From: Ruminococcus sp.
Lineage (GTDB): Bacteria > Bacillota > Clostridia > Oscillospirales > Acutalibacteraceae
Length of the DNA stretch: 64,000 nt
Assembly (NCBI GenBank): GCA_004555265.1
Contig: SFIQ01000017.1
Coordinates: 11,431 to 75,430 of the forward strand
Reading direction: 5' to 3'
In this document: positions 48,297 through 58,150 of the stretch, piece by piece
How the letters are laid out: the number at the start of each line of letters is the position of its first letter
Numbering within the stretch: the first letter of the stretch is position 1
The notes under the pieces: generated by a model
The model's input: the letters and a program-made list of their open reading frames with translations, nothing else
Told to the model about the DNA's origin: nothing
Database searches by the model: none
Made by a program: the position numbers and the translations under genes

Positions 48297-49648
48297 AAGC
48301 GGCAGTCATCGGTGCGGGTCTCGCAGGTGTTGAGGCGGCTTGGCAACTGATAAAACACGGCATTTCGGTGGATTTGTATGAAATGAAACCCGAAAAACGC
48401 TCCCCCGCGCACAAAACCGATTGGTTCGCGGAGTTGGTTTGTTCCAATTCCTTAAAAGCCGAACGGCACAATTCCGCCGCAGGGCTTTTGAAAGAGGAAA
48501 TGGCTTCGTTCGGCTCGCTGTGCGTCGAAAGCGCTTTGCAGTCGCGCGTGCCCGCAGGCGGTGCGCTGGCGGTGGATCGCGATCGGTTTTCGGAATATAT
48601 TACGAAAAAAATCGAAGAAAATCCCCATATTACCGTCATTCACAAAGAGGTAACCGACTTGCCGGACGGCTATGATACGGTGATTATCGCGGCAGGGCCT
48701 TTGGCGAGTGACGGCATCAGCGAAACGGTACGCGCACTTGCGGGGGACGGGCTGTCCTTTTATGACGCCGCCGCGCCGATTGTTACCGCCGAAAGCGTGG
48801 ATATGAACGAAGCGTTTACCCAATCGCGCTATGACCGCGGCGGGGCGGACGATTATATCAACTGTCCGCTTGACAAAGCGCAGTACGAGGCGTTTTATGA
48901 AGCACTCGTAACCGCCGAAAGCGCAGAATTACACAGTTTTGACAAGCGCAAAGATGTGTACGAGGGCTGTATGCCCATTGAGGTACTCGCCTCGCGCGGG
49001 AAAGAGGCGATGCGCTACGGGCCGTTAAAACCCGTGGGGCTTGTGAACCCCAAAACGGGACACCGCCCGTGGGCGAATTTGCAACTGCGCAAAGAAAATT
49101 GCGCGGGCACGCTTTACAATTTGGTCGGCTTTCAAACCAACTTGAAATTCGGCGAGCAAAAGCGTGTATTTTCGATGTTTCCGGCACTTAAAAATGCGGA
49201 ATTCGTGCGCTACGGCGTGATGCACCGCAATACCTTTTTAGATTCCCCACGCCACTTAAACGGTGATTTTTCCTTGCGCAACCGCCCCGAAATTTTCTTT
49301 GCGGGGCAAATTACGGGCGTGGAAGGGTATATGGAGTCTGCCGCGTCGGGCATTTTGGCGGGCTTAAACGCCGCGCGGCGCTTACAGGCTTTGCAAACGG
49401 TGATTTTACCCGAAACTACCATGATGGGTGCACTCGCGCGGTATATCAGCGACGAGAGCGTGCGCGATTTTCAGCCGATGGGCGCCAATTTCGGGGTACT
49501 GCCGCCGCTTGACGAAAAAATCCGCGACAAGGCCTTGCGGTATACGGCGCTTGCCGATCGCGCCGAAGCGGATTTGCAGAAATTTAGGGTAACGGAAATA
49601 ATCCGAACCACGGTTTCTCGTGGCGGATTTGCCCTTACTCTTCGTTAA
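48293..49648 (+). CDS. trmFO: Methylenetetrahydrofolate--tRNA-(uracil-5-)-methyltransferase TrmFO; the last 17 codons are encoded by a MITE
   Basis: FAD motif VIGAGLAGVEAAWQL. ATGA overlap with topA. The tail VTEIIRTTVSRGGFALTLR lies inside element 49587-49726. Confidence 0.9.
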   Translation: MKAAVIGAGLAGVEAAWQLIKHGISVDLYEMKPEKRSPAHKTDWFAELVCSNSLKAERHNSAAGLLKEEMASFGSLCVESALQSRVPAGGALAVDRDRFSEYITKKIEENPHITVIHKEVTDLPDGYDTVIIAAGPLASDGISETVRALAGDGLSFYDAAAPIVTAESVDMNEAFTQSRYDRGGADDYINCPLDKAQYEAFYEALVTAESAELHSFDKRKDVYEGCMPIEVLASRGKEAMRYGPLKPVGLVNPKTGHRPWANLQLRKENCAGTLYNLVGFQTNLKFGEQKRVFSMFPALKNAEFVRYGVMHRNTFLDSPRHLNGDFSLRNRPEIFFAGQITGVEGYMESAASGILAGLNAARRLQALQTVILPETTMMGALARYISDESVRDFQPMGANFGVLPPLDEKIRDKALRYTALADRAEADLQKFRVTEIIRTTVSRGGFALTLR

Positions 49649-49726
49649 AATACTCGTTAATCCGAAAGGATTAACTGCGTTTTTGCCTCGATTAAGACCA
49701 AATCTGCACACGATAAACTGTTACCC
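49587..49726. mobile_element. MITE copy 2 (140 bp, internally deleted at its right end)
   Basis: It is near-identical to 42540-42671 and then jumps to the terminal GTTACCC. TA flanks lie at 49585-49586 and 49727-49728. Confidence 0.8.
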
Positions 49727-49744
49727 TAGGGAGGAACAAGGGCT

Positions 49745-50764
49745 ATGAATATTTTAATAGACGCATTCGGCGGCGACAACGCCCCGCTCGAAATCATCAA
49801 AGGGGCGCTGGACGCGCAAAAAGAATACAGCGTTTCTGTCACCTTGGTCGGGGACGAAGGAAAAATCAAAGCCTGTGCCAAGGAAAACAATTTAGATATT
49901 ACTGCATTGGAAATTTTACAGGCAGACGAAGTATTTGAGATGGAAACCCAGCCGACCGAGATTATCAAATCACGCAAAAACACCTCGATGGCGGTGGGGC
50001 TGCAAGCGCTTGCCGACGGCAAAGGCGACGCCTTTGTTTCGGCGGGCAGTACGGGCGCTTTGCTTGTGGGCGCGACCTTTATTGTCAAACGCATCAAGGG
50101 CGTAAAACGCCCCGTGATCGGCGGCGTAATGCCCTCGGCGCAAAAGCCCTTTATTTTGGTCGATACGGGCGCGAATGTGGAATGCAGTGTGCCGATGCTC
50201 TGCCAATTTGCACATTTGGGCAATATTTATATGCAAAAGATTTTGGGCGTCGAACATCCGCGCGTGGCGCTTGCCAATATCGGCACGGAGGAAACCAAAG
50301 GCACCAAATTGCAGGTGGAAACCTACAAAGCGCTGTCACAAGCGCCCGATTTAAACTTTATCGGCAATATCGAAGTGCGCGACATTGCGTTCGGCAAAGC
50401 CGATGTGATTGTCGCCGACGGCTTTACGGGCAATGTCATTCTCAAAATGTATGAGGGCGTTGCCAAAATGATAACCACAGAACTGAAAATGATGTTCAAG
50501 AAAAATCCCGTGACAATGCTTTCCTACCTCGGTGTGAAATCGGGAATGGACGATTTTGCAGAAAAAATGAACTACAAAAAGTACGGCGGCGCGCCGATTA
50601 TCGGCGTGCAGAAAACCGTCATTAAAGCGCACGGCTCGTCCGACGCCTACGCAATTAAAAACGCCGTGCGGCAGGCTGTGGACTGCGTGACGGGCGATGT
50701 CGCGGGTGAGATTGCAAAAACCTTGGGGAAAGGTGAGGGGAAAGATGCAGAACTTGCAGAATAA
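49745..50764 (+). CDS. plsX: Phosphate acyltransferase PlsX
   Basis: 339 aa, MNILIDAFGGDNAP.., GSTGALL. Confidence 0.95.
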   Translation: MNILIDAFGGDNAPLEIIKGALDAQKEYSVSVTLVGDEGKIKACAKENNLDITALEILQADEVFEMETQPTEIIKSRKNTSMAVGLQALADGKGDAFVSAGSTGALLVGATFIVKRIKGVKRPVIGGVMPSAQKPFILVDTGANVECSVPMLCQFAHLGNIYMQKILGVEHPRVALANIGTEETKGTKLQVETYKALSQAPDLNFIGNIEVRDIAFGKADVIVADGFTGNVILKMYEGVAKMITTELKMMFKKNPVTMLSYLGVKSGMDDFAEKMNYKKYGGAPIIGVQKTVIKAHGSSDAYAIKNAVRQAVDCVTGDVAGEIAKTLGKGEGKDAELAE

Positions 50765-51422
50765 TTTGGGGTACACATTCAAAAATCCCGATTTGCTCGC
50801 GCGCGCACTGACCCATTCGTCTTACGCCAACGAATACCATGTGGGCACGGGCGACAACGAACGGCTGGAATTTTTGGGCGACTCGGTTTTGGGCTTTATT
50901 ACGGCGGAATATCTGTTTGCCAATCATAAAGATTTCCCCGAAGGGGAACTGACAAAACTGCGCGCCTATGCGGTGTGTGAAAAAAGTTTGTTTGCTTATG
51001 CCAAAGAAATTGAACTCGGCAAATACTTAAAACTCGGCAAAGGCGAGGAGCGCACCGGCGGCAGAAACCGCGCTTCGGTGCTCTCCGACGCGTTTGAGGC
51101 GGTCATTGCCGCGATTTATTTGGACGGCGGTATGGACGAAGCCAAAAAATTCGTGCTGCGCTTTGTGGTGCCCTATGTCGAGGCAAAGCCAACCTTTAAA
51201 GACTACAAAACGATGCTCCAAGAGGTGGTACAGCAAAACCACGGCGAGGCGCTTGAATATGTGCTGGTGTCCGAGTCGGGGCCCGACCATGACAAGCATT
51301 TTGAAATGGAAGTGCACTTAAACAGCAATGTGTTGGGGCACGGCGTCGGCGGCAGTAAAAAGAAAGCCGAGCAAAACGCCGCCAAAGAGGCGTTGGAGTT
51401 GATGGGCATTGAAACACGCTAA
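50745..51422 (+). CDS. rnc: Ribonuclease III
   Basis: Start at MQNLQNNLGYTF. ERLEFLGDSVL signature and a C-terminal dsRBD. Confidence 0.95.
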   Translation: MQNLQNNLGYTFKNPDLLARALTHSSYANEYHVGTGDNERLEFLGDSVLGFITAEYLFANHKDFPEGELTKLRAYAVCEKSLFAYAKEIELGKYLKLGKGEERTGGRNRASVLSDAFEAVIAAIYLDGGMDEAKKFVLRFVVPYVEAKPTFKDYKTMLQEVVQQNHGEALEYVLVSESGPDHDKHFEMEVHLNSNVLGHGVGGSKKKAEQNAAKEALELMGIETR

Positions 51423-52446
51423 TGTGGCGCTGTTTGTGCCGCACAAAGGCTGCAAACACGCGTGCAGTTTTTGCAATCAAACCACGATTTCGGGGGCGCA
51501 AAACGCCCCAACGCCCGACGATGTGCGCCGTGCGTGCGAAATCGCCGTGAACAGTCAAAAATGCAATCCCGAAGAAAGCGAAATCGCGTTTTTCGGGGGC
51601 AGTTTTACCGCAATCGAAAGGGACTGTATGCGCGCCCTTTTGGCTGCGGCATTGCCGTATATACAGGGCGGTTTTTTTCGCGGCGTGCGCATTTCCACAC
51701 GCCCCGACTGCATCGACCGCGAAATTTTAGCGGAATTAAAAGATTTCGGCGTGACGACGATTGAACTCGGCGCGCAAAGCATGTCCGACGCGGTTTTGCT
51801 TGCCAATCGCCGCGGGCACACGGCAGACGATGTGCGACACGCGTCTGCACTTATCCGCGAAGCGGGATTTTCCTTAGGGCTGCAAATGATGACGGGGCTG
51901 TATCGAAGTGATGATGAAACCGATTTGCGCTCGGCAGAGGAATTGATTGCTTTACAGCCCGACTGTGTGCGGATTTACCCCACCGTGGTTTTAGCGGGCA
52001 CGCACCTTGCCGCGCTTTACAAAAGCGGGGAATACATTCCACAGACCATAGAAACAGCCGTTCCCCTTTGCGCAAAACTGCTGTTGCGCTTTCACGAAAA
52101 CGGGATTCCCGTCATTCGTCTGGGATTGCACAGCGGCGGCAATGTGGAGGACGGGTATCTTGCGGGCGCATATCACCCTGCGTTTCGGGAACTTTGCGAG
52201 GGCGAGATTTATTTGCAAAAAATGCTTGCACATCTGCGCGCTTTGCCGCGCGACGGAGAATATCTCATCGAAGTCCCCGAAAAATCCCTTTCCAAAGCCA
52301 AAGGACAGCAGAAAAGAAACGAAAAAGCATTGCGAAATCTCGGGTTTCGGTGTAAAATAAAGGGTAACTTATTTTTAGAGGATTACGAAATTCAAATAAA
52401 GGAATTAGGTTATGATTTTAAAGTCGCTGGAAATGCAGGGGTTTAA
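51409..52446 (+). CDS. Radical SAM protein (ELP3-like family commonly found between rnc and smc in Clostridia)
   Basis: TTG start, with CKHACSFCNQ (CxxxCxxC). Confidence 0.85.
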   Translation: MKHANVALFVPHKGCKHACSFCNQTTISGAQNAPTPDDVRRACEIAVNSQKCNPEESEIAFFGGSFTAIERDCMRALLAAALPYIQGGFFRGVRISTRPDCIDREILAELKDFGVTTIELGAQSMSDAVLLANRRGHTADDVRHASALIREAGFSLGLQMMTGLYRSDDETDLRSAEELIALQPDCVRIYPTVVLAGTHLAALYKSGEYIPQTIETAVPLCAKLLLRFHENGIPVIRLGLHSGGNVEDGYLAGAYHPAFRELCEGEIYLQKMLAHLRALPRDGEYLIEVPEKSLSKAKGQQKRNEKALRNLGFRCKIKGNLFLEDYEIQIKELGYDFKVAGNAGV

Positions 52447-55400
52447 GTCTTTTCCGGACAAAACCGTGCTGGAATTTAATAAGGGCATTACCGCGGTTGT
52501 CGGGCCGAACGGCAGCGGCAAAAGCAACATTTCCGACGCGGTACGCTGGGTATTGGGCGAGCAGTCCACCAAAAATTTGCGCGGGTCGAAAATGGAGGAT
52601 GTTGTCTTTATGGGCACGGATCTGCGCAAAGCCAAAGGCTATGCCGAGGTCACCCTGCGTTTTGACAACAAAGACCGCACGCTGTCGAAAGATACGGACG
52701 AAGTGTCGGTTACGCGCCGCTACTACCGTTCGGGCGAGAGCGAATACATCATCAACGGCGAAAACGCCCGCTTGCGCGACATCAACGAACTGTTTATGGA
52801 TACGGGGCTCGGGCGCGACGGGTACTCCATCGTCGGGCAGGGCAAAATTGCCGAAATGGTATCGTCCAAAGCCGCCGAGCGCCGCGATATGCTCGAAGAA
52901 GCGGCAGGGATTTCCCACTTCCGCTACCGCCGCAACGACGCGAACAAACGCCTTGCCGCCGCAGAGGAAAATCTTCTGCGCCTGCGCGACATTTTAACAG
53001 AACTTGAAGGGCGCGTCGGACCTTTAAAAACGCAAAGCGAAAAGGCACAGAAGTTTTTGGTGCTTGCCGAGGAGAAAAAACAACTCGAAATCGGCACTTG
53101 GCTTTACACGATTGACAAAACCAACGACCGCCTGCGTGAGCAGGAGCATAAAATTGCCACCGCCGAGGCAGGACACAAAGCGGCGGCGGACGAATTGGAA
53201 ATTATCGGCGAAAAGATTGACAGCGCCGCCGAAAAAACCCGTGAAATCAATGTGCAGATTGAAGAAATCCGCAACGCCGCCGCGCATTTTGAGGAGCAGG
53301 CGTCTGCGCTTGACGCACAGGCGCGTGTGGAGGAAAACTCCGTTTTACATAACACCGAGGCGATGGAGCGTCTGAAAGCGGACAAACTGTCCGAAAACGA
53401 AACCGAACAGCATTTGGAGGAGCGCATTGCCGAATGCCGCGCCACCGCCGAGCAAAGCGAACAGGCGGCAGAAAAACTGCAAGCAGAACTGTCCGCCCTT
53501 GCCGATGCGCAGGAGAAAAATACAGGCGACGCCGCGCAGTATTCCGAAGCGGCAACGGCGCTTTCCGCAGAGGTTTCCGCGCTGTCGGTGGCGATTGCCG
53601 ATAACCGCGTGACCGCCGAAACCGCCAATTCTTCGGTGGAGGAAATCCGCACCCGCATTGCGGCGATTGACGCGCAACTCGGCGGGCGGCAGGACACCTA
53701 CGAAACCTACAAGCAAAACAAAGAAAAGGCAGTATCGGCGTTAAACGAATGCCTTGAAACCATACAAAGCGTGCAAAACGCGATGGACGGCTATTCGATG
53801 CGCTTTGAAAGCCGTGCAAAAAAGGCGGATACCATTAAGCAAAATATCGAAGAAAAAGAGCGTGAGGTACATAAAACGGCAGACCGTATCCGCTTGCTGT
53901 CCGACCTCGAAAAGAATATGGAGGGCTACCAGGGTGCCGTGAAAGCGGTGATGCGCGAATCTGCGCGTGGGGCGCTTCGCGGCATACACGGGCCGCTGTC
54001 GCAACTCATCACCGTGAAACCCAAATACACCGCGGCGATTGAAACCGCCCTCGGTGCGGCAATCCAGAATATCGTGACCGATACCGAAAACGATGCGAAA
54101 CGCGCCATTCAGTTTTTGAAAGAATCCCGCGCGGGGCGTGCGACTTTCCTGCCGATTGCGGCAATCCGCGCCCGCGAATTTACCGAAAAGGGCTTGGATG
54201 ACCAATACGGCTTTGTCAGTATGGCGGCGGATTTGGTCGCAACCGACAGGCAGTATACCGAAATTATCCGCGCGCAGTTGGCGCGCACCGTTGTGGCGGA
54301 GGATATGGATGCCGCGATTGCGATTGCGAAAAAATACAATTACCGTTTCCGCATTGTCACGTTGGACGGACAGGTCATTAACGCAGGCGGCTCCATGACG
54401 GGTGGCTCGCGCACACAGAATGCGGGCATTTTAAGCCGTGGCAACGAAATCGAAAAACTGCAAAAAGAGTTGGACGCGGCGCAAACCGAATTGGCGACGA
54501 TGCAGTCCGACTATAAACTGTTCACAGAGGATCTCGCCGCTGCGCGTGCGGAATTGGAGGGCGCGCAGGGCGACCTGTTGCGCGCGAATGAGGAAAAAAT
54601 CCGTCGGGAGGGCGAATTGAAACTCGCCGAAGAACAACTTTCTTCTGTATCGGGCACGGTACGCGAATTGGCGGAAGAAAAAGAAATGCTCGAGCACCGT
54701 ATTGACACCGTGCTCGAAAATGCCGCCGCCGCGCGCGAAGCGTTGGAAACGCAAACCGCCGAATTACGCGAGAAAGAACAGGCGCTCGAAAAATTGACGG
54801 GTGACCGCGAGGCACTTTCTGCCGCACGCGAAGCCCTGTCACAAAAGGTGTCGGAATTGCGGCTGCAAATTATGGCGCTCGAAAAGGACGCGCAATCCGC
54901 GCGCGACGAAATGCAGCATTTGGAAAACCGCAAATTGAGCCATACCGACAAGCAAGGCAGTTTGGACAGCGAAATCGCCGCATACGAAGCGAAAAATGCC
55001 GAACTGCTGAAAAATATAGAAAACTTAAAAGCCAATGCCGCAACGCTGCGGGAAAACAACAGTACTGCCCGTGCGCAAATTGACGAATTGCTGGCACAGC
55101 GCGACGCACTCGAAAAAGAAACCAACGATTTGCGCACCTTGGAGCGTGCCAAATCCGTGGAACGCGAGAATTTAAGCGGGGAGCTTGCCCGCCTGGAAGA
55201 ACGCAAAATCGCCATGCGCAAAGAGTATGACGACCTGACCGCCAAATTGTTTGAAGAATACAGCCTGACGCGGCGCGAAGCGGCGGCGTTGGAAATCGAA
55301 ATCGAGGATTTCTCGGCGGCAACCAAACGCTTGAACGAATTAAAAGGGCAAATCCGCGCGCTCGGTTCTGTCAATGTTTCGGCGATTGAGGAATATAAAG

Positions 55401-55981
55401 AGGTTTCCGAGCGGTACGAATTTATGTCGGAGCAGATTTCCGATGTGGAGCGCTCGCGCGATGAACTCAACAAGTTAATCCGCGAACTGACGGATAATAT
55501 GGCACAGCAGTTCCGCGACAAATTCCGTTTAATCAACACCGCGTTCGGCGAGACCTTTTCGGAATTGTTCGGCGGCGGCAGGGCGGAACTCCTGCTTTCC
55601 GACGAGCACGACATTCTCGAAAGCGATATTGAGATTAAAGTCCAGCCGCCGGGGAAAAACTTAAAGAGTATCGAACCGCTGTCCGGCGGCGAAAAGGGCT
55701 TGGCGGCCATTTCGTTGCTGTTTGCGATTTTGAAAGTCACGCCCGCACCGTTCTGCATCTTCGACGAAGTCGAAGCGGCACTGGATGATGTGAATGTGTC
55801 GCGTTACGCGCAGTATGTGCGCCGTATGACCAAAAACACGCAGTTTATCCTGATTACGCACCGCCGCGGCACTATGGAGGAAGCCGACGTGCTTTACGGC
55901 GTGACCATGCAGGAAAGCGGCGTATCGAAACTGCTGGAATTAAAAACCGCCGAAATGGCGAAGCAACTTGGGCTCGCGTAA
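52412..55981 (+). CDS. smc: Chromosome segregation protein SMC
   Basis: 1,189 aa with GPNGSGKSN, long coiled coils, a hinge, LSGGEK and FCIFDEVEAALD. Confidence 0.97.
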   Translation: MILKSLEMQGFKSFPDKTVLEFNKGITAVVGPNGSGKSNISDAVRWVLGEQSTKNLRGSKMEDVVFMGTDLRKAKGYAEVTLRFDNKDRTLSKDTDEVSVTRRYYRSGESEYIINGENARLRDINELFMDTGLGRDGYSIVGQGKIAEMVSSKAAERRDMLEEAAGISHFRYRRNDANKRLAAAEENLLRLRDILTELEGRVGPLKTQSEKAQKFLVLAEEKKQLEIGTWLYTIDKTNDRLREQEHKIATAEAGHKAAADELEIIGEKIDSAAEKTREINVQIEEIRNAAAHFEEQASALDAQARVEENSVLHNTEAMERLKADKLSENETEQHLEERIAECRATAEQSEQAAEKLQAELSALADAQEKNTGDAAQYSEAATALSAEVSALSVAIADNRVTAETANSSVEEIRTRIAAIDAQLGGRQDTYETYKQNKEKAVSALNECLETIQSVQNAMDGYSMRFESRAKKADTIKQNIEEKEREVHKTADRIRLLSDLEKNMEGYQGAVKAVMRESARGALRGIHGPLSQLITVKPKYTAAIETALGAAIQNIVTDTENDAKRAIQFLKESRAGRATFLPIAAIRAREFTEKGLDDQYGFVSMAADLVATDRQYTEIIRAQLARTVVAEDMDAAIAIAKKYNYRFRIVTLDGQVINAGGSMTGGSRTQNAGILSRGNEIEKLQKELDAAQTELATMQSDYKLFTEDLAAARAELEGAQGDLLRANEEKIRREGELKLAEEQLSSVSGTVRELAEEKEMLEHRIDTVLENAAAAREALETQTAELREKEQALEKLTGDREALSAAREALSQKVSELRLQIMALEKDAQSARDEMQHLENRKLSHTDKQGSLDSEIAAYEAKNAELLKNIENLKANAATLRENNSTARAQIDELLAQRDALEKETNDLRTLERAKSVERENLSGELARLEERKIAMRKEYDDLTAKLFEEYSLTRREAAALEIEIEDFSAATKRLNELKGQIRALGSVNVSAIEEYKEVSERYEFMSEQISDVERSRDELNKLIRELTDNMAQQFRDKFRLINTAFGETFSELFGGGRAELLLSDEHDILESDIEIKVQPPGKNLKSIEPLSGGEKGLAAISLLFAILKVTPAPFCIFDEVEAALDDVNVSRYAQYVRRMTKNTQFILITHRRGTMEEADVLYGVTMQESGVSKLLELKTAEMAKQLGLA

Positions 55982-56009
55982 TCTTTTGCGCATTGCACAT
56001 TTTCCCTCC

Positions 56010-56306
56010 GGTACCTCGCGTACCTTTGTACGCGTCGCCGTCGGGAAAATGCACACTGCATCAAAATCTTACGCTACGCCGAGGATCGCGTGTGCCGGCT
56101 GTTTGTCGCATTTTTCCCCGCAATCTTGCGTACCTTTGTACGCGTCGGCAGTGCAAAAAGCCACCATACAACCAATCTTACGCTACGCCGAGGCTCGCGG
56201 GCGAACGCAGTTCGCCCCTACAAAGCGTAGGGGCGAAAACACATCGAATCTACGGGCGGCCGAGGTCGTCCGCCCCTACAAACGGGCGCGCGATGCACGC
56301 CCCTAC
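56010..56306. repeat. Repeat island H: ~110-bp tandem duplication followed by reversed CCCCTAC-tailed hairpins
   Basis: GCGTACCTTTGTACGCG occurs at 56018 and 56128, and AATCTTACGCTACGCCGAGG at 56065 and 56174. CCCCTAC tails end at 56221, 56278 and 56306. Confidence 0.85.
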
Positions 56307-56350
56307 AAATAAACAATACCCGTGTCATTTTGTTTGAAAGGAAAAAAACG

Positions 56351-57565
56351 ATGGGCATTTTCAGTAAAATCAATTTCGGACTCACCAAAACCCGCAACAA
56401 AATGGCGGGCGCGATTGACGATTTGTTCGGCGATGTCGAGGAAATCACCGATGACCTCTATGCCGAACTCGAAGAAATTCTCGTCATGAGTGATGTCGGT
56501 GTGGCGACTGCCGTGGAAATCACCGAACGCTTAAAAAAAGCGGTCAGCGACAAGCATTTGCGCGGCGCCGAGGCAGTCAAAGAAGAAATCAAAGAAATTG
56601 TTGCCGAACTGTTAGACGGCGGCGAGGATATGGGGCTTGTCACCGTGCCGTCGGTGGTGCTGGTTATCGGCGTCAACGGCGTGGGCAAAACCACCACGAT
56701 AGGCAAACTTGCCGCGATGTATAAAAACGAGGGCAAGCGCGTTATTTTGGGGGCGGCGGACACCTTCCGCGCGGCGGCAATTGACCAACTCGACATTTGG
56801 GCAAAACGCTCCGATGTGGAAATTATCAAGCACAGCGAGGGCGCAGACCCTGCGGCGGTGGTGTTTGACACAGTTTCCGCGGCAAAAGCGCGTGACTGCG
56901 ATATTGTGATTATCGACACCGCAGGGCGGCTCCACAACAAAAAGAATTTGATGGATGAACTTGCCAAAATCTACCGCGTGATTGACCGCGAACTGCCGTA
57001 TTCCGACCGCGAGGTGCTGTTGGTGCTTGACGCGACTACGGGGCAGAATGCCGTCAACCAAGCGCGCGAATTCAAAAATGTGGCGGACATTACGGGCATT
57101 GTACTGACAAAATTGGACGGCACGGCGCGCGGCGGCGTGGTACTTGCGATTAAGAACGAATTGGGCATTCCCGTAAAGTTTGTGGGTGTGGGTGAGCAGA
57201 TTGACGATTTACAGCCCTTTAAGCCGCGTGCGTTTGCGGACGGGCTGTTCCAAAAAATGGACTATGCCGATGAGGAGGAAGCGTCCGATGAAGAAAATAA
57301 CGAAACAGATGTGGAAACTGACGGGCAAGACCTTCCGCCTGCTGGATACACCCCCGCAGCACGAGATATTCCCGAAAACGAACCCCTTAGCGGTGCACAG
57401 GACGCTGCTGCACCCGAAGAAGAAAGCACCTCTGCCGCTGCGCGAGCAGATGCAGCGGGAGTTTCGGAATTGGAACAGAGTGCGGGAGAAGTAACCGAAA
57501 ACGAACCCGCCGAAACGAAGAAAAAGGAGAAAAAACGCTTTGGATTTTTTAATCGCCACGCATAA
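56351..57565 (+). CDS. ftsY: Signal recognition particle receptor FtsY with an unusual ~100-aa acidic C-terminal extension
   Basis: Start at MGIFSKINFGL. NG-domain motifs GVNGVGKTTT, DTAGR and TKLDG, followed by a D/E-rich tail ending KKKEKKRFGFFNRHA. Confidence 0.92.
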   Translation: MGIFSKINFGLTKTRNKMAGAIDDLFGDVEEITDDLYAELEEILVMSDVGVATAVEITERLKKAVSDKHLRGAEAVKEEIKEIVAELLDGGEDMGLVTVPSVVLVIGVNGVGKTTTIGKLAAMYKNEGKRVILGAADTFRAAAIDQLDIWAKRSDVEIIKHSEGADPAAVVFDTVSAAKARDCDIVIIDTAGRLHNKKNLMDELAKIYRVIDRELPYSDREVLLVLDATTGQNAVNQAREFKNVADITGIVLTKLDGTARGGVVLAIKNELGIPVKFVGVGEQIDDLQPFKPRAFADGLFQKMDYADEEEASDEENNETDVETDGQDLPPAGYTPAARDIPENEPLSGAQDAAAPEEESTSAAARADAAGVSELEQSAGEVTENEPAETKKKEKKRFGFFNRHA

Positions 57566-58127
57566 TCTCAAAAAACGCGACGAATTACAGCGCATTTTGT
57601 CACCCTTAGGGGTAACCGTGCTGACCGCCGACGAGGCGGGCGTCGATTTGACCGATGTCGAGGAAACGGGCACGACCTTTGAAGAAAACGCCCTGTTAAA
57701 AGCGCGTTCGGGCGCAAAAGAGGGCAATATGCCCTGCATTGCCGACGATTCGGGGCTGTGTGTTGACGCGCTCGACGGTGCGCCGGGCGTGTATTCCGCA
57801 CGCTTTGCAGGCGAACACGGCAATGACGCAAAAAACAATCAAAAATTGTTGGATTTATTAAAGGATGTGCCGAAAGCACGCCGCACCGCGCGCTTTGTCA
57901 GCGCCGTGGCGTGTGTGTTCCCCGACGGGCGCGAACTGACGGTGCGCGGCACCTGTGAGGGCTTGATTGGCGATATGCCCAAAGGGGAAAACGGCTTCGG
58001 CTATGACCCGCTGTTTTATCGGGGTGAACGCACCTTTGCCGAGTTTTCGGCAGAGGAAAAGGACGCGGTTTCCCACCGCGGCAACGCCCTGCGCGCCCTT
58101 GCAAAAGAATTGCCGAACTATTTATAA
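57540..58127 (+). CDS. rdgB: Non-canonical purine NTP pyrophosphatase (RdgB/HAM1 family)
   Basis: TTG start 10 nt after GGAG. 195 aa with FGYDPLF and SHRG motifs. It overlaps the ftsY tail by 26 nt. Confidence 0.9.
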   Translation: MDFLIATHNLKKRDELQRILSPLGVTVLTADEAGVDLTDVEETGTTFEENALLKARSGAKEGNMPCIADDSGLCVDALDGAPGVYSARFAGEHGNDAKNNQKLLDLLKDVPKARRTARFVSAVACVFPDGRELTVRGTCEGLIGDMPKGENGFGYDPLFYRGERTFAEFSAEEKDAVSHRGNALRALAKELPNYL

Positions 58128-58150
58128 TTCTCTACAAGCAAAAATTTTTG

